This document shows positions 1 to 8,716 of a DNA stretch of 31,230 nucleotides, in pieces. Under the pieces are notes generated by a model that was not told the origin of the DNA, did not search any database, and saw nothing but the letters and a program-made list of their open reading frames with translations. Both the position numbers and the translations under genes were made by a program. Within the stretch, counting starts at the first letter, position 1. Each line of letters opens with the position of its first letter. The stretch lies in sequence record SRR20825019_361; one strand, given 5' to 3'.

Positions 1-672
1 TTAATCCGCCAGATAAATAGTATTATCGAGAATACTGGTATTTTGAATCACTGAATAGATGTCTTTTCGAATCATAACAGCCTTTTTATTCTTGGCTATC
101 GTAGCGGTTGAATTTTCGCAAGATCGAATTTCATCATTGAAGCGAGTAATAGAAGTATAAAACGCATTTTTTAACTCACTGACTTCCTCAGCTTTCAGTT
201 GCGACGCACGTTCTATTTTTATTTTAGGAATCGAACGGTTAAAGGCATCATCCGAAATTGAAACCCATGAAGCATCTAATTCTTTGATGACTTTCTCTTT
301 GCTTTCTTTTCTAACAACTTCTTTTATCGCCTTTTGTAAACTTTCGATGGATTTAAAATCAAAAGACAATTTGAAAACGTAGTCTGTATAGTTCGGATCA
401 AAAGTTAACTCACTAATTCCTTCTTGAAGCCCCAAAGAACTTACGACTGTATTGATCCGCGCAATAATTTCATCTTTCGACGGAACTCGCTTGCCATCAA
501 GACTGTCCAAAGCTAGGTAGGAGTTGATTTTTACTTTGCTAGAACTAAAGTTCACGGTGTATTTAAATGTACCCGACCCATCCGAATTTATCGTAAGGTC
601 ATCAATGATTTCTATGCAACTCGTAAGAAGCAAGACCATTGCAACAAAGGAAAAGGAAAGCCAACGTTTCAT
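1..672 (-). CDS. Hypothetical lipoprotein (possibly LppM/DUF3153-like)
   Basis: 223 aa; signal peptide ending in lipobox LLTSC, then a 'DLTINSDGSGT' motif typical of this lipoprotein group. Confidence 0.7.
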   Translation of the reverse strand: MKRWLSFSFVAMVLLLTSCIEIIDDLTINSDGSGTFKYTVNFSSSKVKINSYLALDSLDGKRVPSKDEIIARINTVVSSLGLQEGISELTFDPNYTDYVFKLSFDFKSIESLQKAIKEVVRKESKEKVIKELDASWVSISDDAFNRSIPKIKIERASQLKAEEVSELKNAFYTSITRFNDEIRSCENSTATIAKNKKAVMIRKDIYSVIQNTSILDNTIYLAD

Positions 673-699
673 GATGTAAAATTAGTTATTTCTTGATAG

Positions 700-714
700 T
701 CAAAAACAGTGCCG
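700..714 (-). promoter_or_regulatory. Candidate sigma-54-type -24/-12 promoter for the lipoprotein gene
   Basis: Minus strand reads CGGCAC-TGTTT-TTGA versus consensus TGGCAC-N5-TTGC; ~28 bp upstream of the ATG at 672. Confidence 0.35.
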
Positions 715-761
715 CTTAATGAATGTTTTACCAGAAGAAAGCGAACGGAGCAGTCACTACT

Positions 762-793
762 TTTGTGTCACGTGCGAAATCTGATTATCTTTG
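762..793 (+). promoter_or_regulatory. Bacteroidota primary-sigma promoter (-33 TTTG, -7 TATCTTTG)
   Basis: TTTG at 762-765 and TATCTTTG at 786-793, 20-bp spacing, 15 bp before ATG 809. Confidence 0.75.
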
Positions 794-808
794 CACAAAA
801 TAGTAATT

Positions 809-1243
809 ATGGCAAGCGAACAACGTATTTCAACAGATCGAGCTCCTAAGCCAGTGGGATTATATCCTCATGCACGAAAGGTAGGTAATTTATTGTTTCT
901 TTCAGGTGTTGGTCCACGCGTAGCGGGTTCTGATGCTACGGATTCCGCGGTTCCAGGGTTAGAACTCGATAAAAACGGAAACTTTCTAAAGTTTGATTTT
1001 GAGGCGCAATGTCGAAGTGTTTTTGACAATGTTCGCATTATTTTGGAAGAATCGGGGTCAAGTTGGGATCAACTAGTGGATGTAACAGTGTTTTTGGTAG
1101 ATATGAAACGCGATTTTCAAGCATATAATCGCATTTATGCTGAATATTTCAAAGATAACCTTCCATGCCGAACAACGGTTGAGATAAATTCATTGCCTAC
1201 ACCGATTGCTATTGAGTTAAAATGTATTGCAACAATTGATTAA
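809..1243 (+). CDS. RidA/YjgF/UK114 family enamine/imine deaminase (2-aminomuconate deaminase-like)
   Basis: APKPVGLYPHA, LFLSG, PCRTTVEI and IELKCIA motifs; start moved to ATG 809 because the TTG at 791 lies inside the -7 promoter element. Confidence 0.85.
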   Translation: MASEQRISTDRAPKPVGLYPHARKVGNLLFLSGVGPRVAGSDATDSAVPGLELDKNGNFLKFDFEAQCRSVFDNVRIILEESGSSWDQLVDVTVFLVDMKRDFQAYNRIYAEYFKDNLPCRTTVEINSLPTPIAIELKCIATID

Positions 1244-1246
1244 ATT

Positions 1247-1825
1247 ATGATTGGATTTATTATTCGCTGTGTATTAGCAGCGGCTTCTTTGGTTTTTACT
1301 GGACTTTTATTCTATAACGGATATTGGGGTTGGGGAATTGTAATGATTTTGGTAACTGCTATTGTCGGCTTTTCGTTCTTTAGAAATGAAAACATGATCC
1401 TTGCGCTGAATCAAATGCGTTTAGGAAATACGGATAAAGCGAAACATTACATCAATAAAATTACCTACCCACAACTGCTTCCTAAAAAGCAACATGCATA
1501 CGTTGAGTTTTTGCAGGCTGTTCTTGGTACACAAGAATTGGGATTTGCCAGAAGTGAACAAAAATTGCGTAAGGCAATTTCAATGGGATTGAGAACAGGA
1601 CAAGATAATGCCGTTGCTAGAATGCACTTGGCAGGAATTTGTGCTCAAACTGGACGTGGAAAAGAAGCTCTTTCGTTATTGGCTGAAGCGAAAAAATTGG
1701 ATTCATCAGGAATGATGAAGGATCAAATTTCGCAAATGCAAAAGCAGTTAAAGGTGGCCCCTTCAAAGAATCAAATGCGGATGGCTCAAATGATGGGCGG
1801 ACGTAAGAAGATGCCAAGAAGATAG
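1247..1825 (+). CDS. Membrane protein with two N-terminal TM helices and TPR-like helical C-terminus
   Basis: Hydrophobic residues ~1-45, then amphipathic TPR-like helices; 3-bp gap from the upstream gene. Confidence 0.65.
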   Translation: MIGFIIRCVLAAASLVFTGLLFYNGYWGWGIVMILVTAIVGFSFFRNENMILALNQMRLGNTDKAKHYINKITYPQLLPKKQHAYVEFLQAVLGTQELGFARSEQKLRKAISMGLRTGQDNAVARMHLAGICAQTGRGKEALSLLAEAKKLDSSGMMKDQISQMQKQLKVAPSKNQMRMAQMMGGRKKMPRR

Positions 1826-2674
1826 ATGTTGGAAGATCGCTTGTATACCACGGGGTGGGAAGATTACGAACTCATCGACGCTGGTGGAGGCAAGAAATTG
1901 GAACGCTGGGGGAAGATTATTACGATTCGCCCAGAACTACAAGCGTATTTTAAGTCAGAAAAACCCTTTACGGAATGGAATAAGCTCGCGCATTGGGAGT
2001 TTATCGCCAAAAGTGGACAATCGGGAACCTGGAAATCCCTTAAAAAAGAGAGTCCAAGTGAATGGACAGTTGGCTACAATGGATTGAAATTCAAATTAAA
2101 GCTTACGAAGTTTAAGCATGTTGGATTATTTCCAGAGCAACGAACCAACTGGGATTTCATTGCTAGTAAAATCAACCAAGGAGATTCATTTTTGAACTTG
2201 TTCGCATACACAGGAGCGGCTTCGGTGGTGGCGCGACAATCTGCAGCTGAAACAATCCATGTTGATTCGGTTAAACAATTGATTTCGTGGGCGAGTGAGA
2301 ATATGGAAGAGAGTAATCTTGCCAATATTAAGTGGGTACACGAAGACGCATTAAAGTTCGTTCAGAGAGAAGTCAAACGAGGGAATCGACACAAGGGAAT
2401 TATTATGGATCCGCCCGCGTGGGGAATTGGCGCCAAAAATGAGAAGTGGAAATTGGAGGACAAGCTAGACGAACTTCTAGATGGCGCAGCAAAGCTCATT
2501 GGCAATGACGGGATTTTAATTCTCAACACTTATTCTCCCAAAGTAGAATTGGGACAACTCAAATCCAAAGCACGTTTTTATTTCAGAAACCGCACGTTTA
2601 GTGTGCAAGAATTGTGGATGAAAACCACGACCGGTAAGGATTTGTACTTCGGAAATGTATTAAGAGTTTATTAA
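1826..2674 (+). CDS. Class I SAM-dependent methyltransferase (RlmI/RlmK-like)
   Basis: YELIDAGGGKKLERWG, GLFPEQ, LNLFAYTG and IIMDPP motifs; abuts the upstream stop. Confidence 0.85.
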   Translation: MLEDRLYTTGWEDYELIDAGGGKKLERWGKIITIRPELQAYFKSEKPFTEWNKLAHWEFIAKSGQSGTWKSLKKESPSEWTVGYNGLKFKLKLTKFKHVGLFPEQRTNWDFIASKINQGDSFLNLFAYTGAASVVARQSAAETIHVDSVKQLISWASENMEESNLANIKWVHEDALKFVQREVKRGNRHKGIIMDPPAWGIGAKNEKWKLEDKLDELLDGAAKLIGNDGILILNTYSPKVELGQLKSKARFYFRNRTFSVQELWMKTTTGKDLYFGNVLRVY

Positions 2675-2728
2675 TTGCTCAAAGTGCTTAACTTGAAATA
2701 GTTATATTGGGACTTTTAATCTGGATGG

Positions 2729-4219
2729 ATGCAAAAATCACTCTATCATCTTTTTCTTGTAGCGCTAGTTTGTATTCCAACAGCTCTTTTTGCGCAGAAT
2801 CGTGACTCATTAGTAAAAGTTTCACAGAGCAACAGAATGCACGATACCTTGCGCATCAATGCTTTTTATGCCTTGGCAAGAACTTGTGTATTTCGCAATG
2901 CAGACTCAGCAGAATATTATGCCTCCAAGGGACTTGCGCTCTCAGAGAAAGTCAATTACACCAATGGACTCGGTGAAGGTTACGGCTGGCTGGGTTATCT
3001 GAGCTCGGAAAAGGGAAAAGTACGAGAAGCAATCGATTTCAATTTAAAAAGCCTAGCAATTGCGGAAAAGGAGAACCTTGAAGCAGAGTATGTCGTGATT
3101 TTGAATAATCTGGCTACTCTCAACCTAAGCCTAAACAATTACGTAACGGCTCGCGAATATTTTCAGAAGTGTGTTGATCACAATATTAAAACAGGAAATA
3201 AAAAAAGCCTCGCAGCGAATTACAATAATATTGGGTTGTTGTACAAAAACATGGGTGACTTCCCAAAGGCCATTCAGTATTTGAAACGCGCCCTCGAGAT
3301 TCGGTTAAATCAGGTAGATGATAAAGTGGGATTGAGTGCCACCTACAGTAACTTGGGAAGTGTTTACGAGAACCTCGACAGCACAAAATTAGCGATGGAT
3401 TACTATCATAAAAGCTATGAGCTTCGAAAGGCGAACGGATTTAACAAAGGTATTGCGCTCTCAGGAGTCAAACTAGCACATCTTTTATTTAGTCAGGGGA
3501 ATATTGATCAAGCCTCTGAATTAGCGAAAGAATCCTACGAACTAGCTTCGAAGTTTGGGTACATGTACGAACGGAAGGAAGCGGCAAAAGTCCGGGCAAA
3601 CATTCTAAAGAAGCAAGGAGATTTTAAGAATTCGCTGATCTTCTTTGAAGAATATTATACGCTTCACGACAGTATTCATAGTAGTGAAAATAGAGATGCG
3701 TTGATTCGGAGCGAATATCAGTTCGAGTACAATACCAAACACCTCAAAGATAGCTTAGAGAAGAATCAGGTGATAATTAGAAATGAATTACTGCGAGGAC
3801 AGAATAACTTACAACGTTCCTGGCTAATTTTTACGATCATCTTTATCGCATTACTAATCGTTTTGCTTGTTGCCGTTCGAAAAAATGCAAGAATCAGAAT
3901 GGAGAAATTGAGATCCGACATTAAATTGCGTCTGGGGGAAATTTTGAAATTAAGAGATGAGTTGAATCAACAAAAGGAACTTGTTCAATCCGATTCTAAC
4001 GATATAAACTTATTACTAGAAGATAAATTAACCTCTCGAGAACAGGAAGTTTTAGACGCGCTGATTTTAGGGTTATCAAACAAGGAAATTGGTGAGAAGC
4101 TATTTCTCTCAATCAACACTGTGAAGACTCACGTGAACAGTCTCTACGTAAAACTCGACGTTAACAATCGTACACAAGCTGCCATTAAAGGGAGCATGTT
4201 AAAGAATCAAAACACCTAG
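2729..4219 (+). CDS. Membrane-spanning TPR-repeat / LuxR-HTH transcriptional regulator
   Basis: Signal peptide (ALFA-Q), several TPR repeats (YNNIGLLY, YSNLGSVY), TM helix WLIFTIIFIALLIVLLVAV, coiled coil, C-terminal LuxR HTH LTSREQEVL...GLSNKEIGEKLFLSINTVKTHV. Confidence 0.9.
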   Translation: MQKSLYHLFLVALVCIPTALFAQNRDSLVKVSQSNRMHDTLRINAFYALARTCVFRNADSAEYYASKGLALSEKVNYTNGLGEGYGWLGYLSSEKGKVREAIDFNLKSLAIAEKENLEAEYVVILNNLATLNLSLNNYVTAREYFQKCVDHNIKTGNKKSLAANYNNIGLLYKNMGDFPKAIQYLKRALEIRLNQVDDKVGLSATYSNLGSVYENLDSTKLAMDYYHKSYELRKANGFNKGIALSGVKLAHLLFSQGNIDQASELAKESYELASKFGYMYERKEAAKVRANILKKQGDFKNSLIFFEEYYTLHDSIHSSENRDALIRSEYQFEYNTKHLKDSLEKNQVIIRNELLRGQNNLQRSWLIFTIIFIALLIVLLVAVRKNARIRMEKLRSDIKLRLGEILKLRDELNQQKELVQSDSNDINLLLEDKLTSREQEVLDALILGLSNKEIGEKLFLSINTVKTHVNSLYVKLDVNNRTQAAIKGSMLKNQNT

Positions 4220-4230
4220 TTTTTGTCAAT

Positions 4231-4248
4231 TTCACCCGAACGGGTGAA
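4231..4248. promoter_or_regulatory. Perfect palindromic operator (candidate LuxR/NarL-type box)
   Basis: TTCACCCG-AA-CGGGTGAA, 8-bp perfect arms, ending 21 bp upstream of a -7 element. Confidence 0.65.
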
Positions 4249-4269
4249 GTCTAATTGTCTCATTCCATC

Positions 4270-4277
4270 TATGTTTG
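4270..4277 (+). promoter_or_regulatory. -7 promoter element for the 4444 gene
   Basis: TATGTTTG matches TAnnTTTG. Confidence 0.6.
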
Positions 4278-4290
4278 CTTCATAAATTAA

Positions 4291-4406
4291 GTCAGGAGAT
4301 TTAATGAGATAGGTAGCATTCATTGCGGATGTTTGATCACGCTATTCGAGAGAGATTCAGAATAGCGTGATTAAACAATTTAGTTTTCCTCCTTCATTCC
4401 ACTGAC
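4291..4406 (+). ncRNA. Candidate structured 5' leader RNA
   Basis: 18-bp stem 4330-4347/4360-4377 with one G-U pair, nested inside AATGA/TCATT and GTCAG/CTGAC outer pairings. Confidence 0.4.
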
Positions 4407-4443
4407 GAGATTTTAAAATCTAAAACCCATTAAAAAAGTTAGA

Positions 4444-5871
4444 ATGAAGCGAACACTTTTTATTTCACTGAGTATTGTTTTTATGAGTGCGTCGGTGAGC
4501 GCGCAGTTAAGTTTGAAAAAGCTAAAAGATAATTTCACTAAAAATGAACAATCAGAGAGTTCATCATCATCGAACGCAATGAAAGGGAACGCACCCGCAA
4601 ATACATCTACGATTTTTTCCAATTCAGGGAGAGAATGGTACGTGAGTAAATCTCGTGGAACTGGTCAATTAGGAACGAAGGAGCAACCCGCAAAAGACCT
4701 TGGAAATATTATTCATCTTCTCAAACCGAATGACATTATTTATATCGCGCAGGGCGAATATGTGAGTAAAGGAGGTCGTGGAGCAGATGAAATTAACGTG
4801 CCAGTAAAAATCTATGGCGGTTACGATGATAACTTCGTTTCACGCGATCCTTGGGGAGAACATCGAACAATTTTCACAGGTACAAATGAATATATGAAAT
4901 CTACAGACCCGCGAATCTACATTAGAACGGATCAGCAGAGAGAAGCTAATGGACAGTTATCGACGGGTTCTGAAATTGTGGTGGATGGAATTATTGTAAA
5001 CAATGGACCTAGAAATAGATACCACGAGAATAAAGGACTCGCTATTAGAAGACAAGCAAGTCCAAAATCGGGACAAAATCCTTCACCGGAGTCAGGAGGA
5101 ATTGTGATCGTACCAAGTCATTTCACGATTGTAACGGTGCAAAACTGTGTGGTAATGAACACTGCACCAACGGAAGGAGCCATTTCAGTACGCCTATTCA
5201 AAGGAGGAAAGGGGTTGATTCAGAACAATTTATGTTTAAACAACACGGGTTACGGAATCCAACTGAGAACTGGCTATGTAGGAGGTGATGCGAAGCTAAT
5301 TCCAGATTTTATTGTGCGCTACAATACCTCGTTGTTCAATTGGAAACACGATGCTGTAGCCTCATACGGTGGAAATGCGTTAGCAATGGATAGCGACCTC
5401 AAAGCACTCGTTGAGAATAATGCCCTTGGTTTTGGTGATTTCGGTGGGATTTACAACAAGGGAGGAGATTTAACCTTGAACAATAATCTGTTCACTGGAA
5501 ATTCGAAGTATGATTACAAGGAAATCAATGCAATGATGAGTGTTGAGGACTTGTTGGATGAATCCACGAAGCTAAATCAAGCGAGCACAGGAAACGAAAC
5601 AGCACTGATCCGAATCGATGTTGCAGAAAGATGGGCAAATATCTACGCACAACGTGTTGAGATTAGTCGCGCTGATGTAGATGCCGCAGCAAGTGCAAGT
5701 AATTCGGGTTCCAATCAGCTAAGAAGCATGTTGGGACTCAATTTACAGGGGAACGATGTAGCTATGGATGCTGAAGTTTTTCTACCAAGAATGGAATTGG
5801 AGGAAGGAATTAATGTCGGTTTCTTGCCTTGGAATGGAAAGGGGTGCTCGAAGCCTACTTTTTCAGAATGA
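4444..5871 (+). CDS. Secreted right-handed parallel beta-helix protein (DUF1565 / pectin-lyase-like fold)
   Basis: Sec signal peptide, Ser-rich linker, 'WYVS...GTKEQP...IYIAQGEY' cap motif, repeated Asn-ladder strands (VQNCVVMN, IQNNLCLNN, VENNAL, LNNNLFTGN). Confidence 0.7.
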   Translation: MKRTLFISLSIVFMSASVSAQLSLKKLKDNFTKNEQSESSSSSNAMKGNAPANTSTIFSNSGREWYVSKSRGTGQLGTKEQPAKDLGNIIHLLKPNDIIYIAQGEYVSKGGRGADEINVPVKIYGGYDDNFVSRDPWGEHRTIFTGTNEYMKSTDPRIYIRTDQQREANGQLSTGSEIVVDGIIVNNGPRNRYHENKGLAIRRQASPKSGQNPSPESGGIVIVPSHFTIVTVQNCVVMNTAPTEGAISVRLFKGGKGLIQNNLCLNNTGYGIQLRTGYVGGDAKLIPDFIVRYNTSLFNWKHDAVASYGGNALAMDSDLKALVENNALGFGDFGGIYNKGGDLTLNNNLFTGNSKYDYKEINAMMSVEDLLDESTKLNQASTGNETALIRIDVAERWANIYAQRVEISRADVDAAASASNSGSNQLRSMLGLNLQGNDVAMDAEVFLPRMELEEGINVGFLPWNGKGCSKPTFSE

Positions 5872-5994
5872 GAGACATAGACTAAAAGTAAACCAAATAG
5901 AACCAGTAAGAAGCGTATTATGGATCGGAGCGGGTAGTTCTAACTCTGATTTGTAATACGTTTTCTCTTTGAAAAAGAATAAAGTTGTGAGGAA

Positions 5995-6939
5995 TTAGCG
6001 CGAACCGAATGCGGCTAACACTTTATCTGCCAAAACATCGCTGAGTTTAAAATAGCTTTCGTGCGTCCAACCACCAACATGAGGAGAAAGTAACACCTTT
6101 TCTGAATCCAATAGATATTGAAAGTCGCTTGGGATTTCTTGCTCAAAGAACGATTCAAAGCTCGATTTTTCGTATTCCAGAACATCCAAACAGGCACCTA
6201 AGACTTTTTCTGACTTCAATGCGGAAACGAGTGCGCTCGTTTGGACAATCTTACCACGTGAGAGGTTAATCAGATAAATGCTTTTTTTGAAGTTGTTGAG
6301 AAATTCGTCGTTCACTAAGAAAAGTGTTTCCTCATTTTGCGGAATGTGCAGGCTTAGCACATCGGCTTTCTCGAAGATTTCGGAAAGTTCTGTTTCTTGA
6401 ACGAATTCATCTCCGAACCCCGTTTTATACTTATCGTAAGCGAGCACATTCACATCAAATCCGCGTAATTTCTTCGCGAAAGCACTTCCATTGTTTCCAA
6501 AACCGATAATTCCTACCGTTTTTCCATCAAGTTCTATTCCTCGATTTCCTTCGCGGTCCCATTTTCCAAGTCGTACTTCTCTATCGGCGAGCGCTATTCG
6601 GTTGAAAAGAGCCAAAATCATCCCTAAAGCGTGTTCCGCAACCGCATTTCGATTTCCTTCAGGTGCGTTGAATAGTTGAATATTTCTACTGGCTGCGTAT
6701 TCTTCGTCTATGTTCTCCATGCCAGCTCCAGAGCGAGCGATGAAGGTTAAATTAGGCGCAAAATCAAGTAGTTTAGCATCCATACGAAACCGTGATCGAA
6801 CCACAATTCCAATGGCTTCGGAAAGCGTTTTTTGGCATTCCTCCAACGATAAATGAGAAGCATCAATGCAAGAATATCCTGCCGCGGTCAGTCGCTCTTC
6901 AAGTATTGGGTGTACGGTATCGAGGAAAACAACATTCAT
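5995..6939 (-). CDS. D-isomer-specific 2-hydroxyacid dehydrogenase (SerA-like, no ACT domain)
   Basis: GAGMENID, NAVAEH, GIIGFGNNG Rossmann motif, INLSRG, LDVLEYE, SPHVGG; 1-bp overlap with the mgtE stop. Confidence 0.9.
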   Translation of the reverse strand: MNVVFLDTVHPILEERLTAAGYSCIDASHLSLEECQKTLSEAIGIVVRSRFRMDAKLLDFAPNLTFIARSGAGMENIDEEYAASRNIQLFNAPEGNRNAVAEHALGMILALFNRIALADREVRLGKWDREGNRGIELDGKTVGIIGFGNNGSAFAKKLRGFDVNVLAYDKYKTGFGDEFVQETELSEIFEKADVLSLHIPQNEETLFLVNDEFLNNFKKSIYLINLSRGKIVQTSALVSALKSEKVLGACLDVLEYEKSSFESFFEQEIPSDFQYLLDSEKVLLSPHVGGWTHESYFKLSDVLADKVLAAFGSR

Positions 6940-8291
6940 TAAACTCCGTAGATAAGCATACCAATGGTGAGGTAGATGAACAAACCAAGGACATCATTGA
7001 GTGTTGTAACGAAAGGTCCAGTGGCAAGTGCAGGATCGATTTTATTTTTCGCCAATATGAGCGGTATGAGGGTTCCAAAGATCCCTGCGAAAATGATAAC
7101 GGTGAATAAGGAAAGGCTAACAACTAATCCCAATCTCGGACTCTCAAATACATACGCCATTCCATAAATAAGCGTCGATAGAACAAGTCCATTCACAATC
7201 GCTACAAGTGCTTCTTTACCTATTTTCGCGAAAATACTTCCAAACGGATCATTTCCTTTTGCCAAGGATTGTACTACAATCGCCGAAGCCTGGACTCCAA
7301 CATTTCCTCCCATCGCAGTAATCAATGGTATAAAGAATGCGAGCGCAGGAACTTCACTAATTCCTCCTTCGAAGCCAGAAATGACTTGTGCACCAAGAAC
7401 TCCACCGAGCATTCCAATAATTAGCCAAGGCATTCGTGCACGTGAGATTCGCCAAACGCTAGAGCTCGACTCTACATTCTCGGAAATCCCGGATGCCAAC
7501 TGGAAATCTTTGTCTGCCTCTTCCTTGATCACGTCGAGGACGTCATCAATGGTAATTCGTCCGACTAGTTTCCCTTGTAAATCAACTACAGGAACAGAAA
7601 CGAGGTCGTATTTTTCCATCACTCTGGCCACTTTCTCTTTATGATCTCCTGTTTTCACAAAAATCATATTCTTACTTTGGTAGAGATCGCTAATTTTTGT
7701 CTTTGGACTCGCGAAAAGGAGTCTTTTCAGAGAAAGAAATCCTACGAGTTTATCGTGATCATCCACCACGTAAATCGTAAAAACCTTTTCAACTTCTTCT
7801 GCTTGTCTTCTGAGTTCTACTACGCATCGATTCACTGGCCAATCGCTCTTCGCTTGAATGAACTCCTTTTGCATGAGTCCTCCAGCGCTGTCTTCGTCGT
7901 AGTTCAAAAGGTCTACGATATCATCGGCAGTTTCACTATCGGTGATGTGCGAGATAATCTCCTCTACCTGAGCTGCGGGTAACTCAGAAATCAAGTCGGC
8001 CGCATCATCCGAGTCCATTTGCTCAAGTCGCTGGGCAATCTGAAGGGAAGAGAAGGTTTTTAGGAGGGTGTCACGGACTTCATCATCTAATTCGATAAGG
8101 ACGTCACCTTGCATTTCATTACTGAGCAAGTGATACACAAAACTGGCTTCGTCGTCTTCTAACTCATCGATGATAGCAGCAATATCCGCATCATGGAGTT
8201 CAAATATTTGCTCCCGAATCCAAGCTACGTCTTGCCGCTCGATGGCTTCTTGAAGCAATAGTAAGTTTTCTTTCGTTAGCTCAAAACGCAT
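6939..8291 (-). CDS. mgtE: Magnesium transporter MgtE
   Basis: Acidic N-domain, CBS pair (SAGGLM, GRITIDD), TM domain with MGGNVG and DPALATGPFVTTLND. Confidence 0.95.
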   Translation of the reverse strand: MRFELTKENLLLLQEAIERQDVAWIREQIFELHDADIAAIIDELEDDEASFVYHLLSNEMQGDVLIELDDEVRDTLLKTFSSLQIAQRLEQMDSDDAADLISELPAAQVEEIISHITDSETADDIVDLLNYDEDSAGGLMQKEFIQAKSDWPVNRCVVELRRQAEEVEKVFTIYVVDDHDKLVGFLSLKRLLFASPKTKISDLYQSKNMIFVKTGDHKEKVARVMEKYDLVSVPVVDLQGKLVGRITIDDVLDVIKEEADKDFQLASGISENVESSSSVWRISRARMPWLIIGMLGGVLGAQVISGFEGGISEVPALAFFIPLITAMGGNVGVQASAIVVQSLAKGNDPFGSIFAKIGKEALVAIVNGLVLSTLIYGMAYVFESPRLGLVVSLSLFTVIIFAGIFGTLIPLILAKNKIDPALATGPFVTTLNDVLGLFIYLTIGMLIYGV

Positions 8292-8310
8292 GTTTCCTCT
8301 AATTTGTCTG

Positions 8311-8318
8311 CAAAGATA
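8311..8318 (-). promoter_or_regulatory. -7 promoter element for mgtE
   Basis: CAAAGATA on plus strand = TATCTTTG on minus, 20 bp before the start. Confidence 0.65.
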
Positions 8319-8350
8319 GGGAGATTATTTGTAGTCTGAGAAGACTGTAG

Positions 8351-8716
8351 TCAGATCAATCGAAAACGTTGCATCAAAAGATAGATAGCTGCACCAGTAA
8401 AATACATGGCTACGTCTACCCAGTCGCTGATGTAATTGTGTCGAGTTGAGTAAAAGGGTAAATAAAATTCGAAAAACAGTGAAATGAAAACCGTTTGAAT
8501 CAGAATATAGCTCGTTGGAATCATTAAGGATGCGTCGCGCTTTAGTTTTCGAAGAAAAATCAAGGAGAAGCTCGCCATTGCTGGGATAAACAATAAATCA
8601 GTGAAATAGTATTTGAAAAAGGGTGGAAGGTCAGTGAAGTAAGCCCTGAGTAATCGTGCGCAAAAGTAAAGGATCATGAGGGAAATGAACCAGAGATGCG
8701 GTTTGAATCTAGCCAT
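8351..8716 (-). CDS. Small hypothetical membrane protein (~4 TM)
   Basis: Hydrophobic 121 aa with YFTDLLFIP, FEFYLP and DWVDVAMYFTG motifs. Confidence 0.7.
   Translation of the reverse strand: MARFKPHLWFISLMILYFCARLLRAYFTDLPPFFKYYFTDLLFIPAMASFSLIFLRKLKRDASLMIPTSYILIQTVFISLFFEFYLPFYSTRHNYISDWVDVAMYFTGAAIYLLMQRFRLI

Noticed and set aside
791-808. TTG start and N-terminal extension of the RidA ORF
   Set aside because: The TTG is part of the -7 promoter element; ATG 809 gives a normal family N-terminus.
5872-5994. Terminator or small RNA between the convergent beta-helix and dehydrogenase genes
   Set aside because: Only a weak AT-rich 5-bp stem is visible.
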